Shown here in pieces: positions 8,395 through 18,497 of a stretch of DNA of 56,283 nt. The notes under the pieces are model-generated. The model ran no database searches, was not told the DNA's origin, and worked only from the letters and a program-made list of their open reading frames with translations. The position numbers were made by a program, and so were the translations under genes. Within the stretch, counting starts at the first letter, position 1. Each line of letters starts with the position of its first letter. The stretch is from a virus (Duplodnaviria > Caudoviricetes), in the IMG/VR virus record IMGVR_UViG_3300030380_002510, positions 1-56,283 of that record, one strand, 5' to 3'.

Positions 8395-9701
8395 TGCCAA
8401 TGATGGGTCGTGGTTCGGACACAAGAATGTACTCGCCAAGAAGCGAGTCATCTCACATGTATGGTTCGGCCAATGAAGACGGTGGTAAATACAGTCCTAC
8501 ATCTGCCGAAGACGCAGACAAGCGTAGAGAAGAAAAACAACTCAAAGAAGAAGAAAGAAAATTAAGACTAAAAGATATTAAACATATCAAAATAAAACCA
8601 TCACAGGGATTAAACAGTGGTCCATCATTACCTAGAGAAGAAGGATTAGATGATGGTAATAAGCGTGATGACGAGCGTGAAATTTCACTTCAAGGTGGAC
8701 CGGCAGGTAGTCGTGGACATTTACTTGATATGGCTACAGGTGCAAAAACAGGCACAGGTTCAGCGATGGGTACGGGTAATTCCGCAGTTAGAACAGGCGA
8801 ACCAATGGAAGATGCTTGGTCTACATTGTTGAAGCGTGATACTCCAAAGACAATACAGGCTCGCCGTCGCCGTGAAGCAAGGCAACAATTTAGACCATCT
8901 ACAGGGCAATTCAAAAAACCTCCCGGTGGACAATCGGGCGGTGCAGGTGCTACAATGAAACGGTTTAAAGCAAGAATGCGTGGTATCAAAAGCGGTAAAA
9001 GAACAGGTTTGATGAAACCTCACCTGTCTGTTGAAATGAGCCACCGTGGTATTGCTACTAAACAACCCATGAGTAAAGACCCACAAAAGTACCGTCAATA
9101 CATGGGGCAACAAGAAGCACAAAAAATTCTTGGTGGAGTAAGAAACACATTTTCACCACACGCTAGACACAGTGCTAGAAGTTTTACCGCCGGACCTACA
9201 GGTGGAGGTAGACTTACAGGACTACTACCCGGTCAATCGGGGCAAATGAGGCAACCATCTCTTAGAAGATTACGCAGACCTCGTATGCCTAGAATTAGAA
9301 GCGTAATGCCCCCTCCACCACCTATGACTCCACAAATAGCACCACCTATGAGTAGTGTACCGAGTATGCCTTCTCCTTCTTCATCAATTATGATGAGCGA
9401 AGAAAGAACAGAAAGTGATATACTCAAAAGAAATCGTTATGCGAGAAGAACTGAAATGTTAGAGTTGATGCGTAGATTAATAGATTTACAAAAGAAAAGA
9501 AACAAATTAATGAAGTATGTTCAAGGGGGAGGTTCAAGATTTGAAGACGGGCATGTTCCAAGCCACCCTGCCGGTGTACAACAAAATGAAGATGAAGATG
9601 AGAAAAACGATGGACCAACACAGAATTTAGAAACAAATTCAAGTCGTTTAGGTCTTGACCCTGCGGGGCATCTATCCGGTAAGAGGGGGCATTTCGGTTG
9701 A
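8394..9701 (+). CDS. Low-complexity basic protein (G/R/P/M-rich), candidate internal head protein
   Basis: 435 aa, mostly disordered-looking. Contains TGEPMEDAWSTLLKR, ILKR and LMKY. Confidence 0.7.
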   Translation: MPMMGRGSDTRMYSPRSESSHMYGSANEDGGKYSPTSAEDADKRREEKQLKEEERKLRLKDIKHIKIKPSQGLNSGPSLPREEGLDDGNKRDDEREISLQGGPAGSRGHLLDMATGAKTGTGSAMGTGNSAVRTGEPMEDAWSTLLKRDTPKTIQARRRREARQQFRPSTGQFKKPPGGQSGGAGATMKRFKARMRGIKSGKRTGLMKPHLSVEMSHRGIATKQPMSKDPQKYRQYMGQQEAQKILGGVRNTFSPHARHSARSFTAGPTGGGRLTGLLPGQSGQMRQPSLRRLRRPRMPRIRSVMPPPPPMTPQIAPPMSSVPSMPSPSSSIMMSEERTESDILKRNRYARRTEMLELMRRLIDLQKKRNKLMKYVQGGGSRFEDGHVPSHPAGVQQNEDEDEKNDGPTQNLETNSSRLGLDPAGHLSGKRGHFG

Positions 9702-11857
9702 TAGGAATAAAACCCTTAATACAGAAAGCATGGAGTATGGTAGGGTATACACCCGAAGGTCCAACAGTATTTCGTAATCCACCACCTACGCATTTTACTC
9801 CACCGAGTGAAAAAGACTTACCTTTGTTTGCACATGATGGTAGAGGTAAATCACTACCCGGTGAATGGATAAATGGTGAACACGGAGAACTACTTTACAA
9901 TACTCGTATTGGTGCATTTCAACACGGTATAGATGCTTTAGCAAGTCATTTAGGTACTTTTCTAGGTAGACAAGGAATTAATAGAAGCCCGGTAGAAGTA
10001 ATTAATCAAGCAATAAAACAATTTAATGCTACACATACTAATGATAAAGACCACCAATTACCTATGTTTGATAATATGGCTTGGAGGAAAATAAGAGCAG
10101 GTGTTTTACCACCCGGTAAAGGTACAAGAGAAGAAGCAATAAGACCTACTCGCACCAACAACGGTACACTTATCACTGCATATACTAACAAGAATTATCA
10201 AAATACACCTATGGGTAGATTTGTAGAATCTTATTCAATTCCTTTTCATGAACAATTACAACATGTACTTGAAGACCAACACGGTATGCCGGAAGAAATG
10301 TGGAAATCACTTCCATTCGTAAAGTACCCGTATATGTATGCTCATTATACTGCACCTATGGTGCAAGATGAAAGCGGTAATATTCGCTCCTATGTAAGAA
10401 GCCAACATAGAGAACACCCCGGTCAAGTTACCTCCGACATGATGGGTGGCGCACCGGAAGGATATTTCCCCGATACAACTAATGTACATACATGGGAAAC
10501 TCTACACCACTTACCCGATGCTTTCTTTTATCCTAAACTAAACAAAGCAGGGAATAAACCCGGTAAAATACCAACTAAACTATATCAAGCCGCACACGCT
10601 ATGATAGACCAAGCAATTGCTAATGGTATAGAACACATACCGGATATTAACATTACATACAATCAATCGGGTAAAATGAGTCAGCCCGATATGGTTCAAA
10701 GACCACTAAGAGAAGTATTACAAACACCGGACATGCGTGAGGCTTTGATTAAAGATATTGCACATGTACCGGCTATGATGTTTTTGTTTGGTAGAAGTTT
10801 TCAAGGTGATTTCAAAAACTTGTATAATCACATGATGGAAAAATATGGCGCACCCGAAGATGCTCTTTCTCATGACGACCATATGCGATTTTTCCAACCC
10901 GGAGAAAAAGGTGGTCAAGGTATGCACAGTACTGCGGGTAAGATAATGGCTCTTGCCCGTTCATCGGGTATGGGTGAAAATGAAGAAAGAAGTAAATTCG
11001 GTGAACATCAAATTACAAGTGATGAATTAGAAGCGATGGGTGTACCATATAGTGAAGGGGCTATGGGTCATGTAGACAGATTCCGTGGTATACTTGAAGC
11101 ACTTGCAGACCATCAAGCGGGAGCAAGAGGTCATAATGTGAAAATGGCTATCGGTGATATTCCTACAGAACCTATGCAAAATCTTGACATTCATGGTTAT
11201 CCACAAGAAGGGGCTAATGCCTCATTAGAAGAACACATGGATGGATATTTACACGGCATAGAAGATTATGCACCAAGCGACGGAATGCCCGTTCCTCCGC
11301 AAACAGTCCTACCGGAAGTTGGCATGTCTGCCACTCCCTCACCTAGAGAGGTCACTCAACCTCAACCTCCGGTATCTTTTCCTTCCGGTAGGACACCACC
11401 TGTAGCAGTTGGACAAGCACCGATACCTTTAGACCCTGCGTATCAACAACTAAGACCACAGATTGCTACTTTAAATCCCGATAGATTTAGACAATTAATC
11501 GGTGTTAGAGAAGGACCACCACAATTAACTGAATTTGAACAGGCTCAACAAAGAGCATTATCCGACCCAAGACAACAATTAATTACTCAATATATGAAAG
11601 CCGAAGATTCACATTTACCAATAATGGATAGGACATTAAAGGCTTTAGAAAGAATGCAACATCATGAAGCAAGTTTAGATACTGAAATAAATCATGGTGC
11701 ATTATTCAATGATGTAAATTATTTAGCAAAACATGTTGGGCTAACCACAGGCGAAGTAAGTAGTATTAGTGAAACAATGGGTGATTGGCATAAAATCGCT
11801 AAAGCCTACAATGTAAAACCAAAAGTAGTAAAGGTAATCAAATTAAATACAAGGTGA
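9698..11857 (+). CDS. Hypothetical protein (719 aa), C-terminal HTH-like segment
   Basis: Long ORF coupled to both neighbours. Pro-rich linker, then YMKA and LAKHVGLTTGEV...WHKIAKAYNVKPKVVKVIK. Confidence 0.75.
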   Translation: MIGIKPLIQKAWSMVGYTPEGPTVFRNPPPTHFTPPSEKDLPLFAHDGRGKSLPGEWINGEHGELLYNTRIGAFQHGIDALASHLGTFLGRQGINRSPVEVINQAIKQFNATHTNDKDHQLPMFDNMAWRKIRAGVLPPGKGTREEAIRPTRTNNGTLITAYTNKNYQNTPMGRFVESYSIPFHEQLQHVLEDQHGMPEEMWKSLPFVKYPYMYAHYTAPMVQDESGNIRSYVRSQHREHPGQVTSDMMGGAPEGYFPDTTNVHTWETLHHLPDAFFYPKLNKAGNKPGKIPTKLYQAAHAMIDQAIANGIEHIPDINITYNQSGKMSQPDMVQRPLREVLQTPDMREALIKDIAHVPAMMFLFGRSFQGDFKNLYNHMMEKYGAPEDALSHDDHMRFFQPGEKGGQGMHSTAGKIMALARSSGMGENEERSKFGEHQITSDELEAMGVPYSEGAMGHVDRFRGILEALADHQAGARGHNVKMAIGDIPTEPMQNLDIHGYPQEGANASLEEHMDGYLHGIEDYAPSDGMPVPPQTVLPEVGMSATPSPREVTQPQPPVSFPSGRTPPVAVGQAPIPLDPAYQQLRPQIATLNPDRFRQLIGVREGPPQLTEFEQAQQRALSDPRQQLITQYMKAEDSHLPIMDRTLKALERMQHHEASLDTEINHGALFNDVNYLAKHVGLTTGEVSSISETMGDWHKIAKAYNVKPKVVKVIKLNTR

Positions 11858-11861
11858 TTTT

Positions 11862-12803
11862 ATGGAACAAATATTAGTAGTAAAATCAAGAAAGAAAGAT
11901 GTGTTGGTAAAAAATGTAGGACCAACATTGTTTCAATCACCTACAGGAGAAGCACCAACAATGGGGCAATTGTTTAACGCAGTTAAACCAAAAAGAATAC
12001 CTAATTGGATTCCAAAAATAGGAGGTAAAAAACTTGGCGGAGGTGTAGGTACAAGTGGTAATCCTTTAACCGGAGGACAAAGACTTGCCGCCGGATTAGG
12101 TTTACTTGGTAAAGTTGGAGCATTAGCACAAACCACAAATCAAGTAGCACAACAGGCACAAGCGGGTAATCCTCTTGGTGCGGTTCTTGGTGCGGGTTAT
12201 ACTTATGAAGCAAATGACCCTACAGGAAAAAGAACTGCACGAGTAATTCAAGGACAACCTCAACAATTACCTCCATCTACTGTAGCCCATCAAAACACGG
12301 TAGGAGCGCAACCTAATACTACAATGGGTAGTAGTAATGTTGTACCATTAAGTGCAAATTATCAATATAATGTACAAAACCCTCAAACTACACCTGTAAA
12401 TGTTCCTTCAAGTCTACCACAAACAACTGCACCTCAAGCACCTCAAGCACCTGTAGGTCCTGTACCGGGTGATACTCAAGCAAGAGTAGATGCACTAAAC
12501 GCAAAAGTGAATAGGATGAACCAATTTGACCCTGCACTTAAACCACAACCTGTTCAACAAACAACACCTGCACCTGCCACACCTGCTCAACAATCAATGG
12601 TTCAACAACCTGTTGCTGATGGAACATTAAACCCTTATTTTAATATGAATGTTTTAGATGAACATAATAATTCAAATCAAATAACAAGGGCGGAGTTCTT
12701 TGCTTCTACACTTATGGAAAAACTAGGTGCAGATACCGTTTACAAGATGAGTCCTCATCAAGTAGCCGCATTATCGGCGTATACATTTTTAAAATTGAGT
12801 TGA
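11862..12803 (+). CDS. Pro/Gln-rich hypothetical protein
   Basis: 313 aa, SD AGGTGA. N-terminus MEQILVVKS. Gly/Ala-rich hydrophobic stretch and PQ-rich linker. Confidence 0.75.
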   Translation: MEQILVVKSRKKDVLVKNVGPTLFQSPTGEAPTMGQLFNAVKPKRIPNWIPKIGGKKLGGGVGTSGNPLTGGQRLAAGLGLLGKVGALAQTTNQVAQQAQAGNPLGAVLGAGYTYEANDPTGKRTARVIQGQPQQLPPSTVAHQNTVGAQPNTTMGSSNVVPLSANYQYNVQNPQTTPVNVPSSLPQTTAPQAPQAPVGPVPGDTQARVDALNAKVNRMNQFDPALKPQPVQQTTPAPATPAQQSMVQQPVADGTLNPYFNMNVLDEHNNSNQITRAEFFASTLMEKLGADTVYKMSPHQVAALSAYTFLKLS

Positions 12804-12807
12804 TAAT

Positions 12808-14295
12808 ATGAGCGAGAATATGAAAGAGTTTATCCTTGATATGGATAGGAAGATGGCTGAAAAGTCATTTAAGTTCTTTTTTACAGAAATACTTGGTTTT
12901 CATTACAGTCATCACCATAAAATGTGGGATGAAGGATTAAAGGGAAACAGATACTATTGTGTTAAAGCGAGCCGTGACCACGGTAAATCTACTTTGTTTA
13001 TGTCGTATGCTTTATGGATAGCCGCATTTAATCCCGGTACTCACATCATGATATTTTCACATTCATTAGAACAGACACTTGAACACATGAGATTTATCCG
13101 TAATAATATAGAAAGTGCCGATATTCTTAGAGGTCTAAAACCCGAACAAGGTAGACCGTGGGCTAAGTCTTACTTTGAGTTCACCAACGGTAGCCGTATA
13201 ATGGCTAAGTCTGTTGGTGGTGCTACTCGTGGTTTCCACCCCGATGTAGTAGTATGCGATGACATTTTGTGGGGTACTACGGGTGGAGAACTTCAAAGAG
13301 CCGCAGATTGGTTCTATGGTGTATTACTTCCGGTACTTCACCACACTGCACGATTAATGATGGTTGGTACACCGTTTAGTTATAATGACTTATATGCAGA
13401 ACTAGAAGAAAAAGAAACATTCCAAGTAGAAACTTATCCCGCTATCAATGGAGAAGGTATAGCCCTTTGGCCGGAAAGATGGAATCTTGAGGCTCTTGAA
13501 CAAAGACGATTATCAATGCCCGCTATACAATTTAGCCGTGAGTATCTTTGTGAACCTATTCACGATGTAGCGAGTATGTTCCCCGCTTCAATTCTTGAGG
13601 CGGCTCGTGATAAAGAGTTAGTGCTTCTTGATAGAGCAGATACCGAATATGATGAAGAAGGAAATCCGGCAGGTGTATTTGGACAACACTTTATCGGGTG
13701 GGACACCGCTATTGCATCGGATAAAAACGCTGACTTCACTGCTATGTTAGTATTAAGAACACCACCGGGTGATAATATCAAGGAAATAGTAGGTATCGTA
13801 CACGAGAAAGGGCTTGGCGGTGCGGCACAGAAAAAACAAATTTTACTGTTAAATAACAGATTTCAACCGGATTTAATAGAACTTGAAGGTAATAACTTTC
13901 AGCGTATGTTCGCCGCAGAACTTCAAGATATGAGAGGGGATATTCCTATTCGTACATTTATGACAACACGCCAAAGAAAAGAGAGTATGTTTATGTCGCT
14001 ACTCATGGCGTTTGAGCAAGGACAGATAAAAACTCCATACGGTGATGAGCGAAGTCGTGAATTTACACACAAGTTAGAATCCGAGTTAAACAGATTTGGT
14101 ATGCAAAAGAACGGCAAACTAGAATCTGTAGGTACTCATGATGACTTGGCTATGGCTTTGGCTTTGGCTAATTGGGGTACAAAAGAGTTCAAAGGTTCAG
14201 TGGTGCTTCTTGACGATATACTACCGGGCTTTGATGAATTTATTAGAGGGAAACCTCACAGAAATTATGGAAAAAATGATTGGGTGATACCGTGA
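12808..14295 (+). CDS. terL: Terminase large subunit
   Basis: Walker A ASRDHGKST, Walker B VVVCDDI, motif III VGTP, RNase H-like nuclease GWDTA...IELEGN...HDDLAMALALA. Confidence 0.97.
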   Translation: MSENMKEFILDMDRKMAEKSFKFFFTEILGFHYSHHHKMWDEGLKGNRYYCVKASRDHGKSTLFMSYALWIAAFNPGTHIMIFSHSLEQTLEHMRFIRNNIESADILRGLKPEQGRPWAKSYFEFTNGSRIMAKSVGGATRGFHPDVVVCDDILWGTTGGELQRAADWFYGVLLPVLHHTARLMMVGTPFSYNDLYAELEEKETFQVETYPAINGEGIALWPERWNLEALEQRRLSMPAIQFSREYLCEPIHDVASMFPASILEAARDKELVLLDRADTEYDEEGNPAGVFGQHFIGWDTAIASDKNADFTAMLVLRTPPGDNIKEIVGIVHEKGLGGAAQKKQILLLNNRFQPDLIELEGNNFQRMFAAELQDMRGDIPIRTFMTTRQRKESMFMSLLMAFEQGQIKTPYGDERSREFTHKLESELNRFGMQKNGKLESVGTHDDLAMALALANWGTKEFKGSVVLLDDILPGFDEFIRGKPHRNYGKNDWVIP

Positions 14296-14477
14296 GTTGT
14301 GATTGTGGACATTGTATTGGAATGGATAGTGCGTTTGATTTTTTAGAAAAGAAACTATGCCCCGCAGGTAAAGCGGCGGCAAAGCGTAAATTCAAAGTTT
14401 ATCCATCGGCTTATGCTAATGGTTGGGCGGTACAATACTGCCGTGGTAAATTTAAGAAAAAGGGGAAGAAGAAATGA
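14292..14477 (+). CDS. Small basic protein (YPSAYA motif)
   Basis: Likely GTG start at 14292 after GGTGA. CDCGHC leader, then AFDFLEKK, KFKVYPSAYANGWAVQYC and a Lys tail. Confidence 0.7.
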   Translation: MSCDCGHCIGMDSAFDFLEKKLCPAGKAAAKRKFKVYPSAYANGWAVQYCRGKFKKKGKKK

Positions 14478-14647
14478 AACTGAAAAAAGATAAATGTTGT
14501 TGTGGTGGAACTAAAAAAACACCATGTGTATGTATGATAGAAGGTAATCAATGTTCTATGTCTTCACCCAAATGTCCTTGTTATGCTTTATTAGATAAAC
14601 AAAAAAATGTGCAGAAAAATATCAAAAAAATGGTTGCAGTAAGGTGA
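14474..14647 (+). CDS. Small Cys-rich protein (57 aa, 8 Cys)
   Basis: Below the track cut-off. MKLKKDKCCCGGTKKTPCVCMIEGNQCSMSSPKCPCYALLDKQKNVQKNIKKMVAVR. ATGA overlap, fills the gap between neighbours. Confidence 0.7.
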   Translation: MKLKKDKCCCGGTKKTPCVCMIEGNQCSMSSPKCPCYALLDKQKNVQKNIKKMVAVR

Positions 14648-14651
14648 TTAA

Positions 14652-15383
14652 GTGACTAATAGATGCACTTGCCATGATGTTCTAATTGTTAAGAACTTGA
14701 ACCGATGGTTCAAAGAAAAGTGGGTTGATGTATCTCGTAAAAATAAAGATGGTTCTCACCCTCCTTGTGGTCGCTCAAAGGCTAAGAAAGGAAGTAAGGG
14801 TTATCCAAAGTGTAGACCGAGTGTAAAAGTATCAAGTAAAACTCCAAAGACCTCCGGCTCAATGTCCGAAGGACAAAAGCGAGCCGCTACAAAAAGAAAA
14901 CGAGCCAAAAAACAAGGAGTTGGCGGTAAGCCTACAATTGTAAAAGCACCTCGTATACCTCGTAAAAAAGGACAACCTGCGGGTTCAAAGAAGCATTCCG
15001 ACTTGTATACTGATGAAAACCCAAAAGGAACTATACATAATTTAGGATTTAAAAATCCACAAAAAGCAAGACAATCTGTTAGTAAAATCAAAAACAGTAG
15101 TAGAACTCATGCTCATAAAACTCAAGCGGCTATTGCTATGGAACAAAGAGCAAGAGAGATGGGTAAAAAACAAGAAGCAAGTATATATCGTACATTTATA
15201 GAACAACAAAAAAAGAAAACAAAGGAGATGAAGAAAATGAAAGATGAAGATAAAAAGAAAAAGAAAGGCATGGTAGTAGTAATAGCAGTTGGAGGCAAAC
15301 CCCCAAAAGCACCTACTAAGACTATGGATGCTGATGATAAGAAAAAAGCATTTGACGACGCATGGAATACATTAAATAGATAG
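14652..15383 (+). CDS. Highly basic two-module protein
   Basis: GTG start after AGGTGA. Module 1 LNRWFKEKWVDV...YPKCRP. Module 2 SDLYTDENPKGTI...HAHKTQAAIAMEQRA. Ends AFDDAWNTLNR. Confidence 0.75.
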   Translation: MTNRCTCHDVLIVKNLNRWFKEKWVDVSRKNKDGSHPPCGRSKAKKGSKGYPKCRPSVKVSSKTPKTSGSMSEGQKRAATKRKRAKKQGVGGKPTIVKAPRIPRKKGQPAGSKKHSDLYTDENPKGTIHNLGFKNPQKARQSVSKIKNSSRTHAHKTQAAIAMEQRAREMGKKQEASIYRTFIEQQKKKTKEMKKMKDEDKKKKKGMVVVIAVGGKPPKAPTKTMDADDKKKAFDDAWNTLNR

Positions 15384-15389
15384 GTCAAT

Positions 15390-16700
15390 TTGGTGGTCAA
15401 TATGTGGGGTAGTGCGTTGCTAGGCGATGAGTATGACCTAGCCATTTACCCTGCTGATAATTTAACTAAAAGTGTGTTGAGTAATCTTTCTCAACACCCC
15501 GATTTTGTTGTTCATAATGCACCAATAGAAAAGTCATCAAGTTTGTTTTCTAATGATGATATTAAGTCTTATAGTTTTGCTTCTAACGGAGATGGGTGGT
15601 TAGAAAGCACATACGGTAAAGATGCTAATTCAATAATTCGTATGTGTAGAAAAATGCGAAGAATAGATAAAAATAATCGTGAAAGTATTGATTTAATTAT
15701 AGATGATATTCGTACAATTAAGGCGATGGAAGTAGAGGCTACTATCAATAATTTATCGTGGAGTGATGGATTAGAAGATGTAATAAAAAATATAGGTCTT
15801 AATGATAGAAGCCTCAAAGCACTTCGCAAGTTTGGTGAATCCCGTTCATCATCTTTACAAAAAGCGTGTCAATTATATCTTAAGTCTATGACAGTATTAA
15901 ATTTATTAAATGATAAATTAGATTGGGGTATAGACGACCAAAAAGAATGGGCTAATGCTTTACAATTGAAAAAAGATGCTCGTAAAATGTGGTCTAGTAC
16001 TTTACATCAAATAGATAAATTATCTAAAACAGATAAATTAACACTTGATTTTGTTTCAAAACAATTAACTGAATCCGGTCCATTAAGTAGTCGTGAGTTA
16101 GTTCGTAGAGGGGTTGGGATGCTTCATAAATCTACTACGCCAAGTAAAGTTAGTAGTTTAATTAAAATGTATGGCGAAGAAGTAGATATTTACAAAAGTA
16201 GTAGCCGTGGCAATTTTGTAAAATTAGATACTCACGGTTTAATCATAAAAGATATATGGGCTTATGCGGCAGGTTTTCTTGATGCTGACGGAAGTATATT
16301 CATAACAGAAAGAGGCGAGCCGAGAGCGACTTTTATCGCTACAGGTGATAGAGGCCGTATGCAGTGTGAAGAACTACACAAAGCATTAGGTTGTGGTCGT
16401 TTAGTTCTCAATCAAAGAATACACAAAAATAGCGTAAGAAGCCAACATAGACTCATATTTTCATCAAAAGATGATTTAAGACAATTATTAAAAGGTATTT
16501 TACCCCATCTAAAAATGAAATCGCTACAAGCAAAAGCGGTTTTATCTTTTGTAGATGAAAAAGATAGAATGAGAAAAGACGAGTTATATCGTTTAGTCAC
16601 ATTTAACAATTGGAAAGATGATAAAAAGAAAGCCGATAGTTTCTTGAGTAAATGGGGCGTGGATGCAGATACAATAGGTAAGTATGCGGAGAGTTTGTAA
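15390..16700 (+). CDS. LAGLIDADG endonuclease-domain protein with long N-terminal extension
   Basis: WAYAAGFLDADGSIFI motif, followed by LGCGRL and ILPHLKMK..QA typical of single-motif LAGLIDADG domains. Start may be ATG 15402. Confidence 0.85.
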   Translation: MVVNMWGSALLGDEYDLAIYPADNLTKSVLSNLSQHPDFVVHNAPIEKSSSLFSNDDIKSYSFASNGDGWLESTYGKDANSIIRMCRKMRRIDKNNRESIDLIIDDIRTIKAMEVEATINNLSWSDGLEDVIKNIGLNDRSLKALRKFGESRSSSLQKACQLYLKSMTVLNLLNDKLDWGIDDQKEWANALQLKKDARKMWSSTLHQIDKLSKTDKLTLDFVSKQLTESGPLSSRELVRRGVGMLHKSTTPSKVSSLIKMYGEEVDIYKSSSRGNFVKLDTHGLIIKDIWAYAAGFLDADGSIFITERGEPRATFIATGDRGRMQCEELHKALGCGRLVLNQRIHKNSVRSQHRLIFSSKDDLRQLLKGILPHLKMKSLQAKAVLSFVDEKDRMRKDELYRLVTFNNWKDDKKKADSFLSKWGVDADTIGKYAESL

Positions 16701-18451
16701 TGGCTGATGATGAAAGTAGAATTAGTAGGTTTTTATCAACCTTAAGTAAACCGTTTAAGCGTAAGTCATCACCAACTCCAACTATGCCACTTTGGACAAG
16801 TGGTATACAAGAACCTGTTATGGCACAGGGAATTACTATCCCTGCTTTGTACGCAGTAAGTACAGAATGTTTAATTCTTAGAACTGTATTATCTAAATTA
16901 AGACAAGAAATGTTTAGACGAGGTTATTATTGGGAGAAGCAATTTCATAAGAAGTGTGTACAATGTGATGAGGAATTTCAACATAATGTAGAGTCTTGTG
17001 AAACATGTGGTGGTGAAGTTAGAGGACCGGATAATGATGAATTAGTTTATGCTAAGTGGTTATTGAAACAAGAAAACAGTATGGAGCAACAGTTTTTACA
17101 TATATTGCATGAACTTGAAAATGACCTAAATATAGTAGATGATGCTTTCTTATTATTTGTAAAAGAATACTATATAGACCCCGAAACCAAAGAAGTAGCA
17201 TTTTATCGTGTAAAAGAAATGATTAGAGGCGACCCAATATTCATGAGAATAGTTGCTGATAAAAGAGGTGTAAGAGGTGGCCGATACAAAACTTGTTTAA
17301 TTCACCGGGACCAAGTTAAAACACATGCCGAAGACGACAAGTGTGAAGTATGCGGTAGTGATTTACACGATGTACATTATGTAAATATGGCGGGTAGTGG
17401 TAAAACACAATACTTTGTTGAGGGTGAAGTTCTCCATGTAAGTAAGTACAATCCATCTAAATTGTATGGTCGCTCTCCTGTAAATACTATGTGGAGGCAA
17501 GCCATGACTCTAACTGCTATGGATAACTACATGTACACTGCATATCAAAAGCGTAGAATGCCTAAAGGTATTATATCTGTGACAACCGATAATCTTGAAT
17601 CTATGAAATCATTTTGGAAATCAGTAGATGAAAAAATGGAGCGTGACCCGCACTATGTACCTAAAGTTGGTATTGAATCTAGCACAGGTAGAGGTGGGGT
17701 TAATTGGATTAAATTTATGGACACACTAGAAGAAATGCAGTATATTGCAGTTCGTGATGAGATTCGTAATCGTATAGCCGCATATTTTGGCGTATCAAGT
17801 ATTTTTATGGTAGATAACGGTAAATCGGGTGGACTCAACAATGAAGGTCTACAAATTCTTGTGACAAATCGTGCAGTAGAGTTTGGACAAAAAATCTATA
17901 CAGATGTACTATTTCCTAAAATTCTAAAACAAATGGGAGTGTTTGATTGGAAATTAACTCTTTATCCGAATGAAGAAGAAGATGAAATAACAAGACTACG
18001 CCGTGATGAACAAGAGTTGAATGTAGCACAAAGAATGGCTCAATTAGGATTTGTACCGGAATTAATTAGTGGTGATACAAGTAGCGATATTAAATTTGTA
18101 TATCGTAAACCCGAACCTCAAGCACAACAAGCACCACCACCCGGAGGCGCACCACCAATGATGCCACCAAGAGGTATGCCACCGGGTATGCCTATGGGTG
18201 GTATGCCTCAAGGTATGCCGATGGGAGGATTACCACCGGGTATGCCGATGGGTAGTATGCCGATGCCACCTCCACAACCGGGCGGTGAAGGTATGGGAAT
18301 ACGCAATCGTGGACCTGCCGCACCGCAAAGAAGAACATCGCCGGGAAGTGGTGCGCCTGTAACAAGTGTTCAACAAAGAGGACCAACATCATCATTAGGA
18401 CAACAAAATGTAAATGCTCTTCAAAATGCTAGAAGATTTAGGGGTGCTTAA
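16700..18451 (+). CDS. Portal protein
   Basis: Lies between TerL and the protease. Portal-like motifs DLNIVDDAFL, LYGRSPV, MPKGII, IAAYFGVS. Two Cys-rich inserts and a P/M/G-rich tail. Confidence 0.9.
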   Translation: MADDESRISRFLSTLSKPFKRKSSPTPTMPLWTSGIQEPVMAQGITIPALYAVSTECLILRTVLSKLRQEMFRRGYYWEKQFHKKCVQCDEEFQHNVESCETCGGEVRGPDNDELVYAKWLLKQENSMEQQFLHILHELENDLNIVDDAFLLFVKEYYIDPETKEVAFYRVKEMIRGDPIFMRIVADKRGVRGGRYKTCLIHRDQVKTHAEDDKCEVCGSDLHDVHYVNMAGSGKTQYFVEGEVLHVSKYNPSKLYGRSPVNTMWRQAMTLTAMDNYMYTAYQKRRMPKGIISVTTDNLESMKSFWKSVDEKMERDPHYVPKVGIESSTGRGGVNWIKFMDTLEEMQYIAVRDEIRNRIAAYFGVSSIFMVDNGKSGGLNNEGLQILVTNRAVEFGQKIYTDVLFPKILKQMGVFDWKLTLYPNEEEDEITRLRRDEQELNVAQRMAQLGFVPELISGDTSSDIKFVYRKPEPQAQQAPPPGGAPPMMPPRGMPPGMPMGGMPQGMPMGGLPPGMPMGSMPMPPPQPGGEGMGIRNRGPAAPQRRTSPGSGAPVTSVQQRGPTSSLGQQNVNALQNARRFRGA

Positions 18452-18457
18452 GAAACG

Positions 18458-18467
18458 CTTTTATTAT
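18458..18467 (+). promoter_or_regulatory. Possible TATA box
   Basis: CTTTTATTAT in the 46-bp gap after the portal gene, about 30-40 nt before ATG 18498. Confidence 0.35.
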
Positions 18468-18497
18468 AGGAGTGTGTGAGATAGGGCAGGGAAGACG

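Noticed and set aside
12808-14295. Intein or intron in TerL, given the nearby LAGLIDADG gene
   Set aside because: TerL is of normal length with contiguous motifs and no splice-junction signatures; the LAGLIDADG is a separate ORF.
18130-18290. Repetitive GC-rich DNA as a possible CRISPR or non-coding repeat
   Set aside because: It encodes the portal's GMPPGMPMG tail; no constant repeat-spacer structure.
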